A DNA stretch of 64,000 bases, taken from assembly GCF_009914755.1 (NCBI RefSeq), contig NC_060944.1; one strand, 5' to 3'. Positions 48,590 to 61,390 of the stretch are shown piece by piece. Under the pieces are notes generated by a model. The model saw only the letters and a program-made list of their open reading frames with translations, was not told the origin of the DNA and did no database searches. Within the stretch, counting starts at the first letter, position 1; each line of letters begins with the position of its first letter. This DNA is from the human T2T-CHM13v2.0 reference genome, Homo sapiens. Position numbers and translations under genes: made by a program.

Positions 48590-49020
48590 ATGTACGAGAC
48601 TCAGGCTTTTACTCCTAGTAGGACAAGAAACTATTGGAGGGTTTTTAACAGAGGAAGGACATGATTTCTTAGGATTTATAGGGCCCACCTGGCTTCTGCA
48701 TGAGCTGTGACTGAGGGAAACACAAAGGCAGAACATGATTTAGGAGGCTAGTGCACTCATACAGGTGAGCAAACAACTGTTAATTTGAACCAGGTGGTAA
48801 AGGTATAGCTGATGAGAGGAGATCATTTCCCAGATGCATTTGAAAGGCAGAGCTTTCAATATTTTTTGACAGATGGAATATGTGGTATGAGAGAGATGAC
48901 TCCAAGGTTTTTTTCTCCCCAAGCAAAGGGAAGACTCTATGAGGAGCAGATTGGAGTATTTAGAAGTAAATCATGAATGTCATTTCGGAGATGTTAACTT
49001 TAAAATGACAATTAGCATTT
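48590..49020 (-). mobile_element. L2 fragment
   Basis: ATTGGAGGGTTTTTAACAGAGGAAGGACATGAT...TTAGGAGGCTA...GATGACTCCAAGGTTTTT. Confidence 0.75.
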
Positions 49021-49074
49021 CAACAATAGCCAGGACAGTCTCTGAAATCCTCTCTCTGAACTTGAGGTAGTTCA

Positions 49075-49250
49075 GTGCAGTGCCTATCAACCCTGGCAGC
49101 ACATTAGAATTGCTTGAGGATATTTAAAAATTCTGATGCTCAGGATGCTACCAAACAAATTACCTAAATATCTCTGGGGTGGATTAAGCCACTGGTGTTT
49201 TTGAAACCCTCCAGGTGATCCCAGTGTGTGACAAGGGTTGAGAACCACTG
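49075..49250. mobile_element. MER5-type MITE
   Basis: CAGTGCCTATCAACCCTGGCAGCACATTAGAAT...CCAGGTGATCC...GGGTTGAGAACCACTG. Confidence 0.8.
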
Positions 49251-50469
49251 ATTCAGAGGCATCAGTGGTTTCAGGTTTGAAAGGTCATGACACTCTTTAC
49301 TGTTTGTCAGGACAAAGCATATGCATGCTTCCTGGATGTATGGAAATTGGAAACAAGGCAGGCACTATGGCTAGGAAATAGATAATTCCCAGGTTTACTC
49401 TCACTCTTCAGGCACACTCCCTTCAGTCTCTTTAAGTTTCTGGAAATGTCTAGCCTTCTTCCTTAAGGCAGTTGTTTTACACATTCTTCACTTAAATTAG
49501 GCAGCATTCATGGTGCCTGGACTCCTAGCTCAGAGCCAGAGCCTTTTCTCCTGGTCTCTGGAGAACCATGACAACAATCCATTACTGAGTTACCTGAGAA
49601 TGTAAGAGCACTTCAGAGCTGCCCTCACAGCCCAGCCAGGAGTAGCTACAGTTGAAGCCAATCTGAAAGCAGCAGGAATTCAACAGCTCTGGATGAAGGG
49701 AAGAGACGACCAGGAGCATTGCAAAATAAGAGAGTGGAAGGGACTCTTGGTCAAAGTGGAAGAGTCCTTAGGGAGAAGCTCTTGGAACTGCCCTCAGTGA
49801 AACCAACACAAACATGTATGATGTTTGATTGCCTGAGTCCTCATGTGAACACATCCAAACATATCACAACACACACTTAACACACAGGCCACTCATATAC
49901 ACACAAAATATACACCACATCCCCCACATCACACACCCCTGTCATCCACTGCCCCTCCCATATCAAACATCTCCGGTAAGCATGTCAATGGGCTCATTCA
50001 CTCTGTAGATGAATGAGGGTTAAGTTTGTAATGGGCTTTCTGTGCCCCCAGAAAATTTGTAATTTAACTGGGGGACACACATTGCCAGATGAACTTTGAA
50101 ATTTGAGGTGTCATGTCCCAGTCTCCTTCCAAGTCCCCCCAAAGCTGATTATTTAGGCACTGACATACCCTGTCCACCTACAAAGCCACTCTTGAGTAAG
50201 GGAGGAATCAAGGTGGAAGAAAGCCCTCAAAACCCCTTTGCCCAGGGGAAAATTTTGTTTAAGGCACTGACTATTAACTCAGACCTCAGTAAAAGCCCTA
50301 AGGGGACAGTGATTCTTCTGCCCAAGTGCAACACGTGCTGTCAGTGCCTACCCACATCCCAAGTCCTTATCTGTCAGTGAACAGAAGCTCAACTTTCAAA
50401 GCCCAGGATCTGCATTTCTTGGCCTGAGGGCTTTCTCTAGACTAAGAAGGCTTCTTTGCCCGCTTCTGT

Positions 50470-50747
50470 ACCAAGCTAGTAGTTGACACCACCAACAAGC
50501 AGCTCTCTTCCTGTGACTGACAGCGAGGCATGCTCTGCACGGGTCTTCTAGAATTCCCCATCGGGATTGAGCCCCAGTTGTCTACAGTGGTGACTGGCTT
50601 GAGCAAATACTCTTCATTGACTGCATTCTTTTCTCTGGCTCACTTTCCCATATCCCTACCAATGCTTTCTGGGATTACCTCTCAGATAATCTATCTGCAC
50701 TGAAATTCTTACTCGGGGTCAGCCTCTATAGAACCCCTACTAAGACA
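50470..50747 (+). mobile_element. LTR16-like ERVL LTR (3' part)
   Basis: GGGATTGAGCCCCAGTTG...TTCTGGGATTACCTCTCAGATAA...GGGGTCAGCCTCT...CTAAGACA. Confidence 0.65.
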
Positions 50748-51809
50748 CCAGGAAAGGGGGAAGTCCTCTGCAAGCATACGTGACAAAAAAAAGACAAAGT
50801 TCAGTTTGTCAAAAGGGACCAGAGTCACAAATATGTTTACAAAAACTCTGTCCTGTTACCTATACTTGATTTACAATGACCACTTGGGAAATTTGCCTCT
50901 TTGCTGGGGTAGGGACCTGACTGACCATGTAAAGGGGAAACAGATGCACTCAGCCTGCGGCCTCACACATCTGCTGGATGAGCAACGACTATAATTTGCC
51001 AGGAGGAGACAATAAAAAAATTCACATAAAACTTTTTATTGTGTAAGTGACACTGGTTATTGTAGTCGGCAATCAGAAAGTTACCCCGAGGACAGAACTT
51101 TTCTGCCTATTAATGTAGAGAAAATGGCTAGCCTGCTTCCCACGTCTCAGAATATAACACTGGAGATGCTAGGATTCATTCCAGAGGAGTTATGATACCA
51201 GCAAAATACAAAAAGGATGTAGCAAATGTGTGTTACAGTAAAGATCATAAAATAAAATCCAAGCATTTCAGAGCTCTTGGGGCAAATTGAATCCATGGGA
51301 ATTGAAAAATAAATGGCTTGAAAAAAAGTATGCTCTTTTTACAGAGAACAGGAAAATAATATATTTCTCCTTTTTATGAAGAGTAAGCTCTTCTGGCCCC
51401 AAAACTGTAACTGAGATATTTCCTAACATATAAAAACATTATTTTATAAGGACTCACCCACAGTTTTGGTATTTGTAATCAGGTTTTAGTCTAAAGGTTT
51501 CCTTTTCAGCGTGGACAGATGCCAACACAGGAATACAATTTGTAAATAATGAGAGTAATCAGTATCCTCCTCTATTTGCCCCCATCATCCAACCTCCCGT
51601 TTGATACTGACGCTCCCTCCTGCAGATTCAGCCTCTGTGGGAGCAGCCAGGGTGCCAGCGTCTTCACCTACTCCATACCCTCCATTCCAACACAGCTCTA
51701 GAAGGCTCTGCATTCACCGCAGGGTGTGGGAGAGCTTGGGATGATGAAGGGGTCAGTTTTACAACATTAGCATCATCAATAAACCTTAAATATTTGAGGA
51801 AAGGGGTCT

Positions 51810-52480
51810 ATTCTGAGGTATCTTTTAGCCCAACCCAAGTGCTATAACAAAGACTAGCATTTGCATCTGCTTTTATACCCCAAGTCTTGATATTTAACAA
51901 AATTAAAAAAAAAATAGTGCTCATATCACAACCTAATGCATGTTAGTGGAGGGGCAAAGGGACCTAGTTTATGCAGTCACACAGGGATCTAGGCTGCCCC
52001 TGTATATTGGTTCTACAATGTCCTAGGACATAGGTCAGCAAGCATTATGTTTAAAGAGTCAGAGAGTAAATATTTTCAGATTTGTGAGGCATATAGTCTC
52101 TGTTTCAACTACTGCCACTATAGTGTGAAAGCCTCCATAAATAATACATGAACAAACGGCCATAGCTGCATAGCAATAAAACGTTATTTATAAAAACAAA
52201 AAGCCAGCCCACAGGATGTAGTATGCAGACTTCTGAACTAGGATCTTGAAGCTCTCTACTGCCTCTGGTCAGCAGACAAGGAAAAAGGGAGAGTGGAGGA
52301 TCAGGATTCTGTGGGAGATATTTTTAGGGACCAGACATGGAATAAGCAGTAACACTTTACCCTCATTTCATTGGTCAGATCATGTGGCCTCAGCAACTGC
52401 AAGGGAGCTTGGGAAATGTAGTTTAACTGTATGTCCAGAATGTGATGAAAGAATTTTGCCTGCAATTGTACAGTACAATG
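51810..52480 (-). mobile_element. MLT1-type LTR with a MER58-like DNA transposon inserted at ~52030-52240
   Basis: GGTCAGCAAGC...AGAGTAAATATTTTCAG...GCAATAAAACGTTATTTAT is MER58-like; CATTGGTCAGATCATGTGGCC...GGGAAATGTAGTTT is MLT1-like. Confidence 0.6.
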
Positions 52481-53385
52481 TGTGAGAGAAGCATGACATA
52501 AGCAATTTCAGAAAGCCAACTACTTGGACTTAAGAATGCTCCATGTTTCCATGTGGATGAATTCTGCAAATCTTAATTAGGAATTAAAAGGGATCTGGCT
52601 GGACTTCTGATTATTAAAAAAAAATCTACTAATACATTCATATATAGAAATAATAAATATTTCTTTTTAAAAGTTCATAATTCTTACTTTCTTTATGAAC
52701 ATTGGTCTTCCCCCAAATACTATTAAATTTACAAGATTTGACTGCATCCATGAGCTTGGCTAATAAATCAAGTTTAGTTTTCTTATGTAGCTTTAGAGGC
52801 AATATTATCAAATTCAGAGTTTTATTTCCCTCCAATAATACTTCAGATTGATTATTTTCACAGAATCTGAAAATGTAACATAATTATTTTTTACCATTCA
52901 AGGTGTGAAAGGAGACTAGATTTAGTAGCATTAGCAAACCCAAGGGGCTGAAAGGATACAAATGCAATTTCATCAGACACTCTTGCTATGAGAAAAAGAA
53001 TTTTTAAAAATTCACTGTAATTGTTCTGGTGTCTGGTTTGGGTCAGAATAAGTAAAAGACAAAGAAATAAATCTAAAGCTCTTGTCTTCATTTTTCAGCC
53101 CTCACGCCTTCTAATGAGGCAGAGCTGTGCAGATAAATCTAAAATTTTAATAAGGAAAAATGAAAAATATATGTAGTTGGTGCTTCAGTGCCCTTCTAAG
53201 TCACCCTGAAATTTTTAAAGTTATTGTGATTTTTTCTGGATTCTAGATATATTTTGTATATAGTGAAAGTAACTTGCACCAAATATCAAACTACACTTAA
53301 AATTGCATTGGTTTATTTTGTTGTTTTGTTTTTTAGATGCTGATGCTTTTTTCTTTCTTTTGCCAATGATGTTGGCTTCTGGTGG

Positions 53386-53562
53386 GCAGTAGTTCTGAAA
53401 GTTTAGCATGCATAAGAATCACCTGGGAGGCTTCTTAAATACAGGTTCCTGAGCCTCACACTCAGGAAGTCAGCAGATCTGCGGTCAGGCCTGAGAATCT
53501 GCATTTGTAACAAGCTTCCAGTGATGCTGATGCTGCTGGTCTGGGGCCAAACTCTGATTAAC
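53386..53562. mobile_element. MER5A-like MITE
   Basis: CAGTAGTTCTGAAAGTTTAGCATGCATAAGAATCACCTGGGAG...CTGAGAATCTGCATTTGTAACAAG...GATGCTGCTGGTCTGGGG. Confidence 0.85.
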
Positions 53563-54029
53563 ACAGAATCAAAGGTCGTTCCATTGGAAACCCAACTCAA
53601 GCTGATTTAGTAAATAGGAAATATATAGGCTTGCAGGAGCTAAAAATTCAGGCTGCCAGTCTGTCTTTAGTCACTATGAACTCCATCAGCTCAAATGAGA
53701 TCCCGAGGGTCCAGCTTTTCTCTCTTTCTCTTGCAGCTCATTTCCCCTGTGTTGATATTTCTCTCATGGCCACAAATGGATTCTGATGCTCCAGACCTTA
53801 CGTTCCATGTTTCCAAGCCCAACAGACAAAACAGACTTTTCTCCCATCAACCGATGAAAATTGTTTCTATTATTGGTTATAAATGAGTCACACATTTGTC
53901 TTGAGCCAGTCCCCGTTTTCAATGTAACCCTAGGGATGCGATATCCAACCAGTTTAAATTAATCTGGACCTACCCTTGGATTTACATCCGCAAGCACCTG
54001 CCTTGTCTGTTTTTTGTTTGTTTGTTTGC

Positions 54030-54375
54030 TTCAGGGGTCTCTCCAAAGCAAGGAGAGGTCTCTCAGCTTGAGCTTAGTTGCAGCCTTGGCATGCATGGGG
54101 TTGATGCCGTTAGAGCAACTCCTAATCAATGGGGGATGGAGTTCATGGATAGATGTCCCATCTCCCATCTTTCAGAAGGACAGTTATTAAGTGCATTTAA
54201 TATATAATGTTTCTTATAATGTCCCAGTAGGAGTCTGTTCCAGCTGTCCACTCTGGAAACCTGTGCTATGATAGACCTTTCACAGACGTTTCCTTTTTTC
54301 CTGTCTCTATCTCTTCACTCTTTCACCCTGCTTCTGGAATTACCTGCCAAATAAACTCTCTGTATCTAATCTTTT
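54030..54375 (+). mobile_element. LTR16/LTR33-like ERVL LTR fragment
   Basis: CCTAATCAATGGGGGATGG...CTGCTTCTGGAATTACCTGCCAAATAAACT. Confidence 0.55.
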
Positions 54376-54530
54376 TCTTTACCTAAATGAACTGTAGTTT
54401 CCTCATTCATTGATAATATCCACAGATTGGGCTTCTTTTACATCGGAAAAAATATTAAAGAACCTAAATACCAATATACTCAATACATGGTCATCATTTT
54501 TATCACTGACTTGGCATATTTCATTATCTC

Positions 54531-54980
54531 TGCATTAGTTTCCTAAGGCTGCCATTACAAAGTACTATACCACAAACTGGGTGATTTAAGATAACCGAAA
54601 TTTATTGTCTCACAATTCTGGGGGCTAGAAGTCCAAAATCAAGGCATCAGCAGGCCCATGCTCTCTCTGAAACCGATAGCAGGGAATGCTTCATTGCCAC
54701 TTCCTAGCATCTGGTGGTGGTTGCAGAGATTGGAGCATTCCTTGATTTACAGCTCATGGCTCCAATCTCTGCTGTCTTCACATAGTTTTCTCCTTGAGTC
54801 TGTGTTTTGCCTTGACTACCTTCCCATCTTATAAGGACAACAGTCATACTGGATAAAGGGGCCATCCTAATCACCTCATCTTAACTTGGTTATATCTGCA
54901 AAGATCCTGTTTCTTAATAAGGTCACATTTATAGAAACCAAGGGATAGAGTATATCTTTTGGGAAAATACAATTTAACAC
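54531..54980 (-). mobile_element. MLT1B/C-type MaLR LTR
   Basis: TGCATTAGTTTCCTAAGGCTGCC...AATTTATTGTCTCACAATTCTGG...TATAAGGACAACAGTCAT...AATAAGGTCACATT. Confidence 0.85.
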
Positions 54981-55160
54981 GTTAAATTCATAGGAATTCA
55001 CGAATATTCCACCTAACCCACCTCTTGTATTTCAACCTTTGCTCTAATCTTTTTCAACTCATCAACCTGTTGCCACTACAGTACATTTCGTGTCCAGGAA
55101 GGAAACAAGTTTCTGATTCACAGAAAACTGCAGGGACAGCAACTTCCTAAAGCTTTCAGA

Positions 55161-55161
<1 letters not shown>

Positions 55162-55192
<31 letters not shown>
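55162..55192 (+). repeat. Pure A31 homopolymer
   Basis: Read directly; no adjacent Alu or L1 body. Confidence 0.95.
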
Positions 55193-55193
<1 letters not shown>

Positions 55194-56290
55194 CCTGAGA
55201 CTGCCAGGCACTAAATGCCAAACAGCTTAGAGAAAGAGATTTAAAGCTCGTAAATATCAAAGAGCCTCTGGAACACTGGGGGCAGGAAGAACAATCCTAA
55301 ACACAGTGAAACATAAATGAAATTGCATTGGTTTCATTGGCTGCACTCCTAGGGCAAAATTATCATCCCCTTTCCAAAAGGAGCATTTAGCACAACATTA
55401 GTTGGGAATGGTTATTGTCTTTTTGGAATACATTATTTTTATAGCTTATGGCAGAAGTTGACACACATTACATTATTCTGTATTTCCACTCAGATGAACA
55501 CAGGTAGGATTGTAGCCCCGATAAACACTTTGGGACTGATTTAACCTAGACCTTAATCAAAAGGTCACTTACCTGCCCACAAAATGATAATCTCAACTTA
55601 TTCCCCAACTCTAATGGGATTATTATTTATACTTTATGTTTCTTTTCTGATTAGAGGAAAAAATAAATTGCCATTTTACATACAGAAAATAAATAAATAA
55701 AAATATCCTATAAGCTCATTACTTATATATTTAAAAAGTATAAGCTTATTACTTTTTTAAAATTTCATCACGTAATCTTTGGAACCATGATGTTTAATAA
55801 CTTCCTAGTACTCCATTGCCTGATGTACCATAATTGTTTTAGTTGACACCCTATCATGAACCATTTACTTTGTTGCTATGATTTTTATTCTTATAAAAAT
55901 GCCATAATTATCATCTTTGTACCTGAATTGTTGTGTGCACTCTGGCATTATTCTTAATTTCATATCCTGAGTTCCAACAGTCAAAATATGTACACTTTCT
56001 GACATAGAACCCTGGGTCATCTTGAAGAAGAAAGTAAACACACCTGCAGCTGTCCAAGTCTCAACAGGTTCATATGTCAGGAGTCACTGATAAGAAAGTA
56101 AAAATGAGCCCTTTCTGTTTCCATATTCTTAGGCTGTGTTCACTCACCTATCTGCATGCACAGATGAGAAGGGTCCACCTTGGGCTGTTCTCTGAAATCT
56201 CCTCATTTCTTATTTTCATGGGTCTTGGAAAGAGCTGTTAGGAAAATCTTGAACTTCAATCTATTTGAATGTGCTATAACCAGGTAGAAA

Positions 56291-56365
56291 GTGGGTTTGT
56301 CAAGGGCTCCCCAAAGTGAGTTTGTCAAGGGCTCCCCTCAGTGAGTTTGTCAAGGGCTCCCCTCA
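56291..56365. repeat. 25-bp minisatellite, 3 copies
   Basis: GTGGGTTTGTCAAGGGCTCCCCAAA followed by two copies of GTGAGTTTGTCAAGGGCTCCCCTCA. Confidence 0.95.
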
Positions 56366-56924
56366 TTAGACACAGAACATTTGCAGTGCATACATACATT
56401 GTGCTCCTCCTGATCACTGTGCCTCAATCAATCAGGGCAATTAGAGGTCTTGTTGTTATGTCCCTTCCCCCATGCACTCCCATCTTTCAGAGCCAATCAA
56501 GAAGCAGGTAGTGGGTCACTCCTTAACCCAAATCTACCTTGGCCAGGTTCCAACATTTTTCTTATTTTTTGCTCTCTCCTACAGCAGAGGGACCTCCATT
56601 CTTCAATCATATCTTTGGCGATTTAAATGACTGATGGCTTGTTGCACGTCGTTATCCAGGCTTGGAGAGAATAATAATTGCACAACCCCTCTGATCAGGG
56701 AAATAAGATACAGAATTCTGCTTAAAAACCATCTCATTACCTGACAGAGTACAGGCCAAAAGCCAATTTGGAAAAAATCTATTCCAGTGTTTGCTCTTTG
56801 CTGAAGGTGAGAGCTTTCTCATCTAAGTTTGTGAACAGTTCTTATCTGTGATGAAAGAACAAAATATATTGAGGGCACGCTGCAAAAAAGAAGCTTCATT
56901 TATGTCTTTCTGGAAGATGACTTT

Positions 56925-57072
56925 TTGCTATTCAAAGTGTGGTGCAGCCTCAGCATCACCTGCTAGTTAGAAATGCAGATTCTCTGACCAACCAAGATAT
57001 TCTGAACCAGAACTTGCATTTTAATAAGATCCCCAGATGATTTGTATGGATTTCAAGGCTTGAGAAGCACTA
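56925..57072. mobile_element. MER5-type MITE
   Basis: TCAAAGTGTGG...GTTAGAAATGCAGATTCTC...TGCATTTTAATAAGATCCCCAGATGATTTGTATG...TGAGAAGCACT. Confidence 0.8.
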
Positions 57073-57139
57073 GCATGTGCTTCTGAAGGTACTGGCATCC
57101 AGCTGCCAGAAAGAAGCCCTTTTAAAAACACAACTTGCA

Positions 57140-57370
57140 TATGTGCACAGAGTGTGAAATGACAGACATTGGAGACTCAGAAAGCTGGAGGTGGGAACAG
57201 ATAGATGATGAGAAATTACTTAATGAATGCAATGTACATGATTCTGGGTGAAGGATACACTTAAAGCCCAGATTTCATCTCTATGCACTATATCCATGTA
57301 ACAAAATTACACTTGTACCCCACAAATATATACAAAAAACTTTGCTTATAAAACAAAACAAAATAAATGC
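57140..57370 (+). mobile_element. L1MA/L1PB 3' end fragment
   Basis: GACATTGGAGACTCAGAA...GATGAGAAATTACTTAATG...TATATCCATGTAACAAAATTACACTTGTACCCC. Confidence 0.85.
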
Positions 57371-57499
57371 AAACCATCAAAAACTTTTCTCCCTAGAAGA
57401 ACATTTAGGTTCCTCCAGGATGCAGTTGAACAGTTTGTAAGGCTAACACCCAAAAATTAATTCTAAGGGATGGGATTCGTTTGTCTGGATCTCCTTTCA

Positions 57500-60290
57500 T
57501 TTCTAATTACATAATTTTAGGTAGTTTAATTTATTAAAAAATAATACAGGTACACAGTAAAATTTTTTAAAGCATAGGCATAAAACTATATATATTTAAA
57601 AGTAAGACCTCATTCTAGGTACTTAATTTCATTCCTAGATGTAATCACTACTAATAGATTTTATATTTTGTATAACTTTCCAGAAGTAGTCTAATGTATA
57701 CGTGTGTGCATATATTTATTTATATCTTAAAATAAACTTTTGTATGAGCTATTCTGCCCTTTGCTTTTTAGCAACTTTTAAATATCCCATAACAGCACAT
57801 AGAGAGATACACCTTATTGTTTTCAATATTTACATAATATTTTGTATATGTTTGCATGAAAATTTGCCTTGTTTTATTTGCCTATTCCAAATGATGTTGC
57901 AATGAATATCTCTCCGCATATGGGTTTGTACACATGTGTATCCATCTGTAAGACAAAAACCTATGAGTAAAATTACCAGTTCTAAGAAAAGGAGAACTTA
58001 AAATTTTGATGGATTTCACCAATTGCTCTTCAAACAACACCATAGATGTTTAGCACCCCACGAACCATTCGAAAGACTTGTGATTTTCCTATATCCCTGT
58101 TGTACTAAGATATCAACCCCAGAAATGTGTAATCTGACAGTTGGAAGTTAGTATCCTATTTCTATTTAAATATACATTTCTTTTATTATGAGTGAATTTG
58201 AGCATATTTGCATGTTTAAAAGCCATCTGTATATCTATTTGTGAACTGTTTGTTTACTTTCTTCAGCCATCCTTTTTGGAGGAAAAAAAGGTCTTTTTCT
58301 GACTAATTTATCAAAACTTTTTTTATATTAATGACTTCATAAATTAACCCTTAGAGGGTGACACATTTCACAAACATTTCTCTCAGTTTGTATTTCATCA
58401 TTTTTCTCTTTGTTATATTATTTTTCTTTTGAACAGATAATGCTTTTACCTAGTTTAAATATTGGAACAATGTATGCATGTTATGAATTAAGAAGTCTCA
58501 CTCATTTTTATACCTGCCGCTGTCTACTCCCTAGCGACCTCCTTGTGGGTAACCATGTTCATTATTTCTTGTGTATGTATCAATGCTTATGTAATTATAA
58601 ACAAATACACATATACAACCTTATTTCCTCCTCTTTTGTAGAAAAAGAATTTCACTTGCAATGTTCTTGCTTATTTTTCACTTAGAAAAACATCTTAGAG
58701 ACCTTTCCATATCAATAGAAAGCAACTTCATCATTTCTCTTTTTTTACAGCTGTATAGTATTCCACTATGTGATTGTAGCATACTTTATTTCATCAAATT
58801 TGTAGTGACGGACATTTGTTTTGTTTCCACTTTTTCACTATTAAAAACAAATTTGCAGTGAATAACCTTGTAACCATATTTATATTTCATGTGAACAAAT
58901 GTATATATAAAATATATTCCTAGAGGTAAGATTGCTGAGACAAAGGATATATTAATTTGTAATTTTGATAAATATTGCCAACTTTTTTACACACTCTTTT
59001 TCATTTTTACTAGCAACGTGTCAAACTTTCTATGTTGGCCAAATTATGAATTACTGCCATATGATTAATAAAGGATGGCATTTCACTGTGGTTTTAATGT
59101 ACATTTCACTTTTCATGAGAAAGAGTGTACAAACAGTTTAAGGGCCGTTTGTATTTTATTCTGTTAACTGTTATTTATCTGTTCATATCTTTACCTAGTT
59201 TATCACCAGATTGCTGTCTTTTTAGATTATTGGAATTTTACTATGCATATCCAGGTACGAGTCCTTTGTCTTTTATATCACTTACCAACATTTTAAAACA
59301 GGTTATTATTCTTCACTTAATGTTTCCCATTTTTTCGTGTAGGACTTTAATTTTTTTTGTTATTTATCACCCATATTTATGTGTTATGTCTTTGATTTTG
59401 AATCATATCTATAAAGGAATTCCCTAATCCAAATTTGTAAAATAATGTGACCATATTTTATTTCAGTTCCTTCAATAATTCACTCTATTTGAGGCTTATT
59501 TTAGTTTACTACATAAAGTATGGCCCTAACACCATTCTTTTTCCAATAGTTACCAATATCATTTGTTAAATATATATATTTATATCTTCTTTCCCACTAG
59601 ATTGAGATACTGCCTTAAACATATTCTAGATACTACGTGTATCTGAAACTACATGTGTCTGAACATCCTGCTGTGTTCCATTTGTCTGACTATTCATGTG
59701 CCAATGCTGTACTATTTTAAATAGTGAGTTTTCCTGGTATGCTTTATCTTGAGATAGAGCTTGGTCCCTTTCACTGCTCTTCATATGTAGAGATTTCCTG
59801 ACAAATATTGCCAGTTCATTTTCTATATGAATTTAAAATCAGTTTGAATAGTCCTGGGGCAAAGGATAGAGACTTGTTGACATTTTTATCCCAGTCATGT
59901 TAAATTTATAAATTAATTTAGAGATATTTGGACTCATCATATTGTAGAATATTCTCATGCAAGAATCTGCTCTTTCCATTTTCTCGGATCCATTTTTTTC
60001 AAGTTGTGTTTTAATGCGTTCCTCCTATATTGTTTGCACATCTCTTACTATGTTTAGCATGGTGTTATTCTGAATGTAAAATGAGTATGTTTTACATTAC
60101 GTATTCTAACTGATCACTATTTGTACATATGAAGGAATAGTTTTCCTGTTTTTATTTTATACCCTGATATATAACAACATTCTTTATTTATTGGTCATAG
60201 TTTTCAATGGGTTCTCCTAGGCTTCCTAGATATTTAATAATATCATCTGGATATAATAATAGATTTACCATTTTCCTTCATGTTATTTTA
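57500..60290 (-). mobile_element. Degraded old L1ME-type fragments
   Basis: T-rich antisense L1-like blocks (AAATTTTGATGGATTTCACCAATTGCTC, GCTGTATAGTATTCCACT, TTCTATATGAATTTAAAATCAG). Confidence 0.6.
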
Positions 60291-60532
60291 TTCATTTAAG
60301 ACAAGATACATAGGGGAACTCACCTCTCCCCACCCTCCACACACACAAGTAAGAAAACTGTATACAAGAACAAAGGAGCAAAATTCTAAGGAATCTCAGG
60401 AATACTTACAAGGGAGTCTCACAGAAAGCTGAAGTCACTTCTTAGGAAAGGAGTCAATAAAGTTTGAATTGTTCCCAGTCAAACGAAGGACTTCCTTAGT
60501 ACCCACATGTTGGTCTTGTGGTTTATAGAGGA

Positions 60533-60693
60533 ATATATATATTTTATGTATATATTTTATATATATTATATATATTTCATATATATATTATATATTATAT
60601 ATATATATTTTATATATATTATATGTTATATTATATATATATTTATATATTATATATATTTTATATATATTTTTATATATATATTATATATAT
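60533..60693. repeat. (TA)-rich low-complexity tract
   Basis: About 160 bp almost entirely A/T. Confidence 0.95.
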
Positions 60694-60697
60694 GAAA

Positions 60698-60986
60698 TTT
60701 TTTTTTTAAGACAATGTCTCCCTCTATTGCCTAGGCTGGAGTACAGTGGTGCGATCTTGGCTTACTGCAATCTCCGCCTTCTGGGCTCAAGTGATTCTCC
60801 TGTCTTAGCCTCCTGAGTAACTGGGGTTACAGGCATGTGCCATCATGCCCGGCTAATTTTTGTATTTCCAGTAAAGATGGGGTTTCACCATATTGGCCAG
60901 GCTGCTCTGGAACTTCTAGCCTCAAGTGATCCACTTCAGCCTCCCAAAGTCCTGGGATTACAGGTGTGAGCCACCACACCAAGGCC
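60698..60986 (-). mobile_element. Alu (old J/S-type)
   Basis: Antisense dimeric Alu with a T-tail. Confidence 0.95.
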
Positions 60987-61095
60987 TATGTTTTGGAATT
61001 TATTTTCTTAAGAACTGAGTGCATAAATAATCTTTTATCAACAATCCATGGATATTTGAGAGAAAAGCAATCTCATTTATTTTTACACAAGAATC

Positions 61096-61131
61096 TGTAT
61101 TAGTCAGTATTCTTCAGAGATAGATAGATAC

Positions 61132-61177
<46 letters not shown>

Positions 61178-61390
61178 GGGATTTATTAGAGAAATTCACT
61201 CATGCAATTATGGAAGGTGAGCAGTCCCATGAAAGTCTGTCTGCAGGCTGGAGACTCAGAGACGCTGGTAGCATCATTCAGCTTAAGCCCCCGAGAGCCG
61301 CAGAACCAGGGAAGCTGATAGTGTAATTTGCAGTCTGAGGCTAAAGGCCTGAAAACCCTGGTGTAAGTCCTTGAGTCCCAGAACCCTGTA
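61096..61390 (-). mobile_element. MLT2 (ERV-L) 3' LTR, partial
   Basis: TGTATTAGTCAGTATTCTTCAGAGA...GATTTATTAGAG...GCAGGCTGGAGACTCAG...AGTCTGAGGCTAAAGGCCTGA. Confidence 0.85.
61118..61177. repeat. Tetranucleotide STR [AGAT]3 ACAT [AGAT]11
   Basis: Read directly from the sequence. Confidence 0.97.

Noticed and set aside
56291-56365. CRISPR-like repeat
   Set aside because: The units are directly adjacent with no spacers, and the context is a eukaryotic genome.
60507-60709. I/Y-rich ORFs
   Set aside because: Translation of the (TA)n low-complexity tract.
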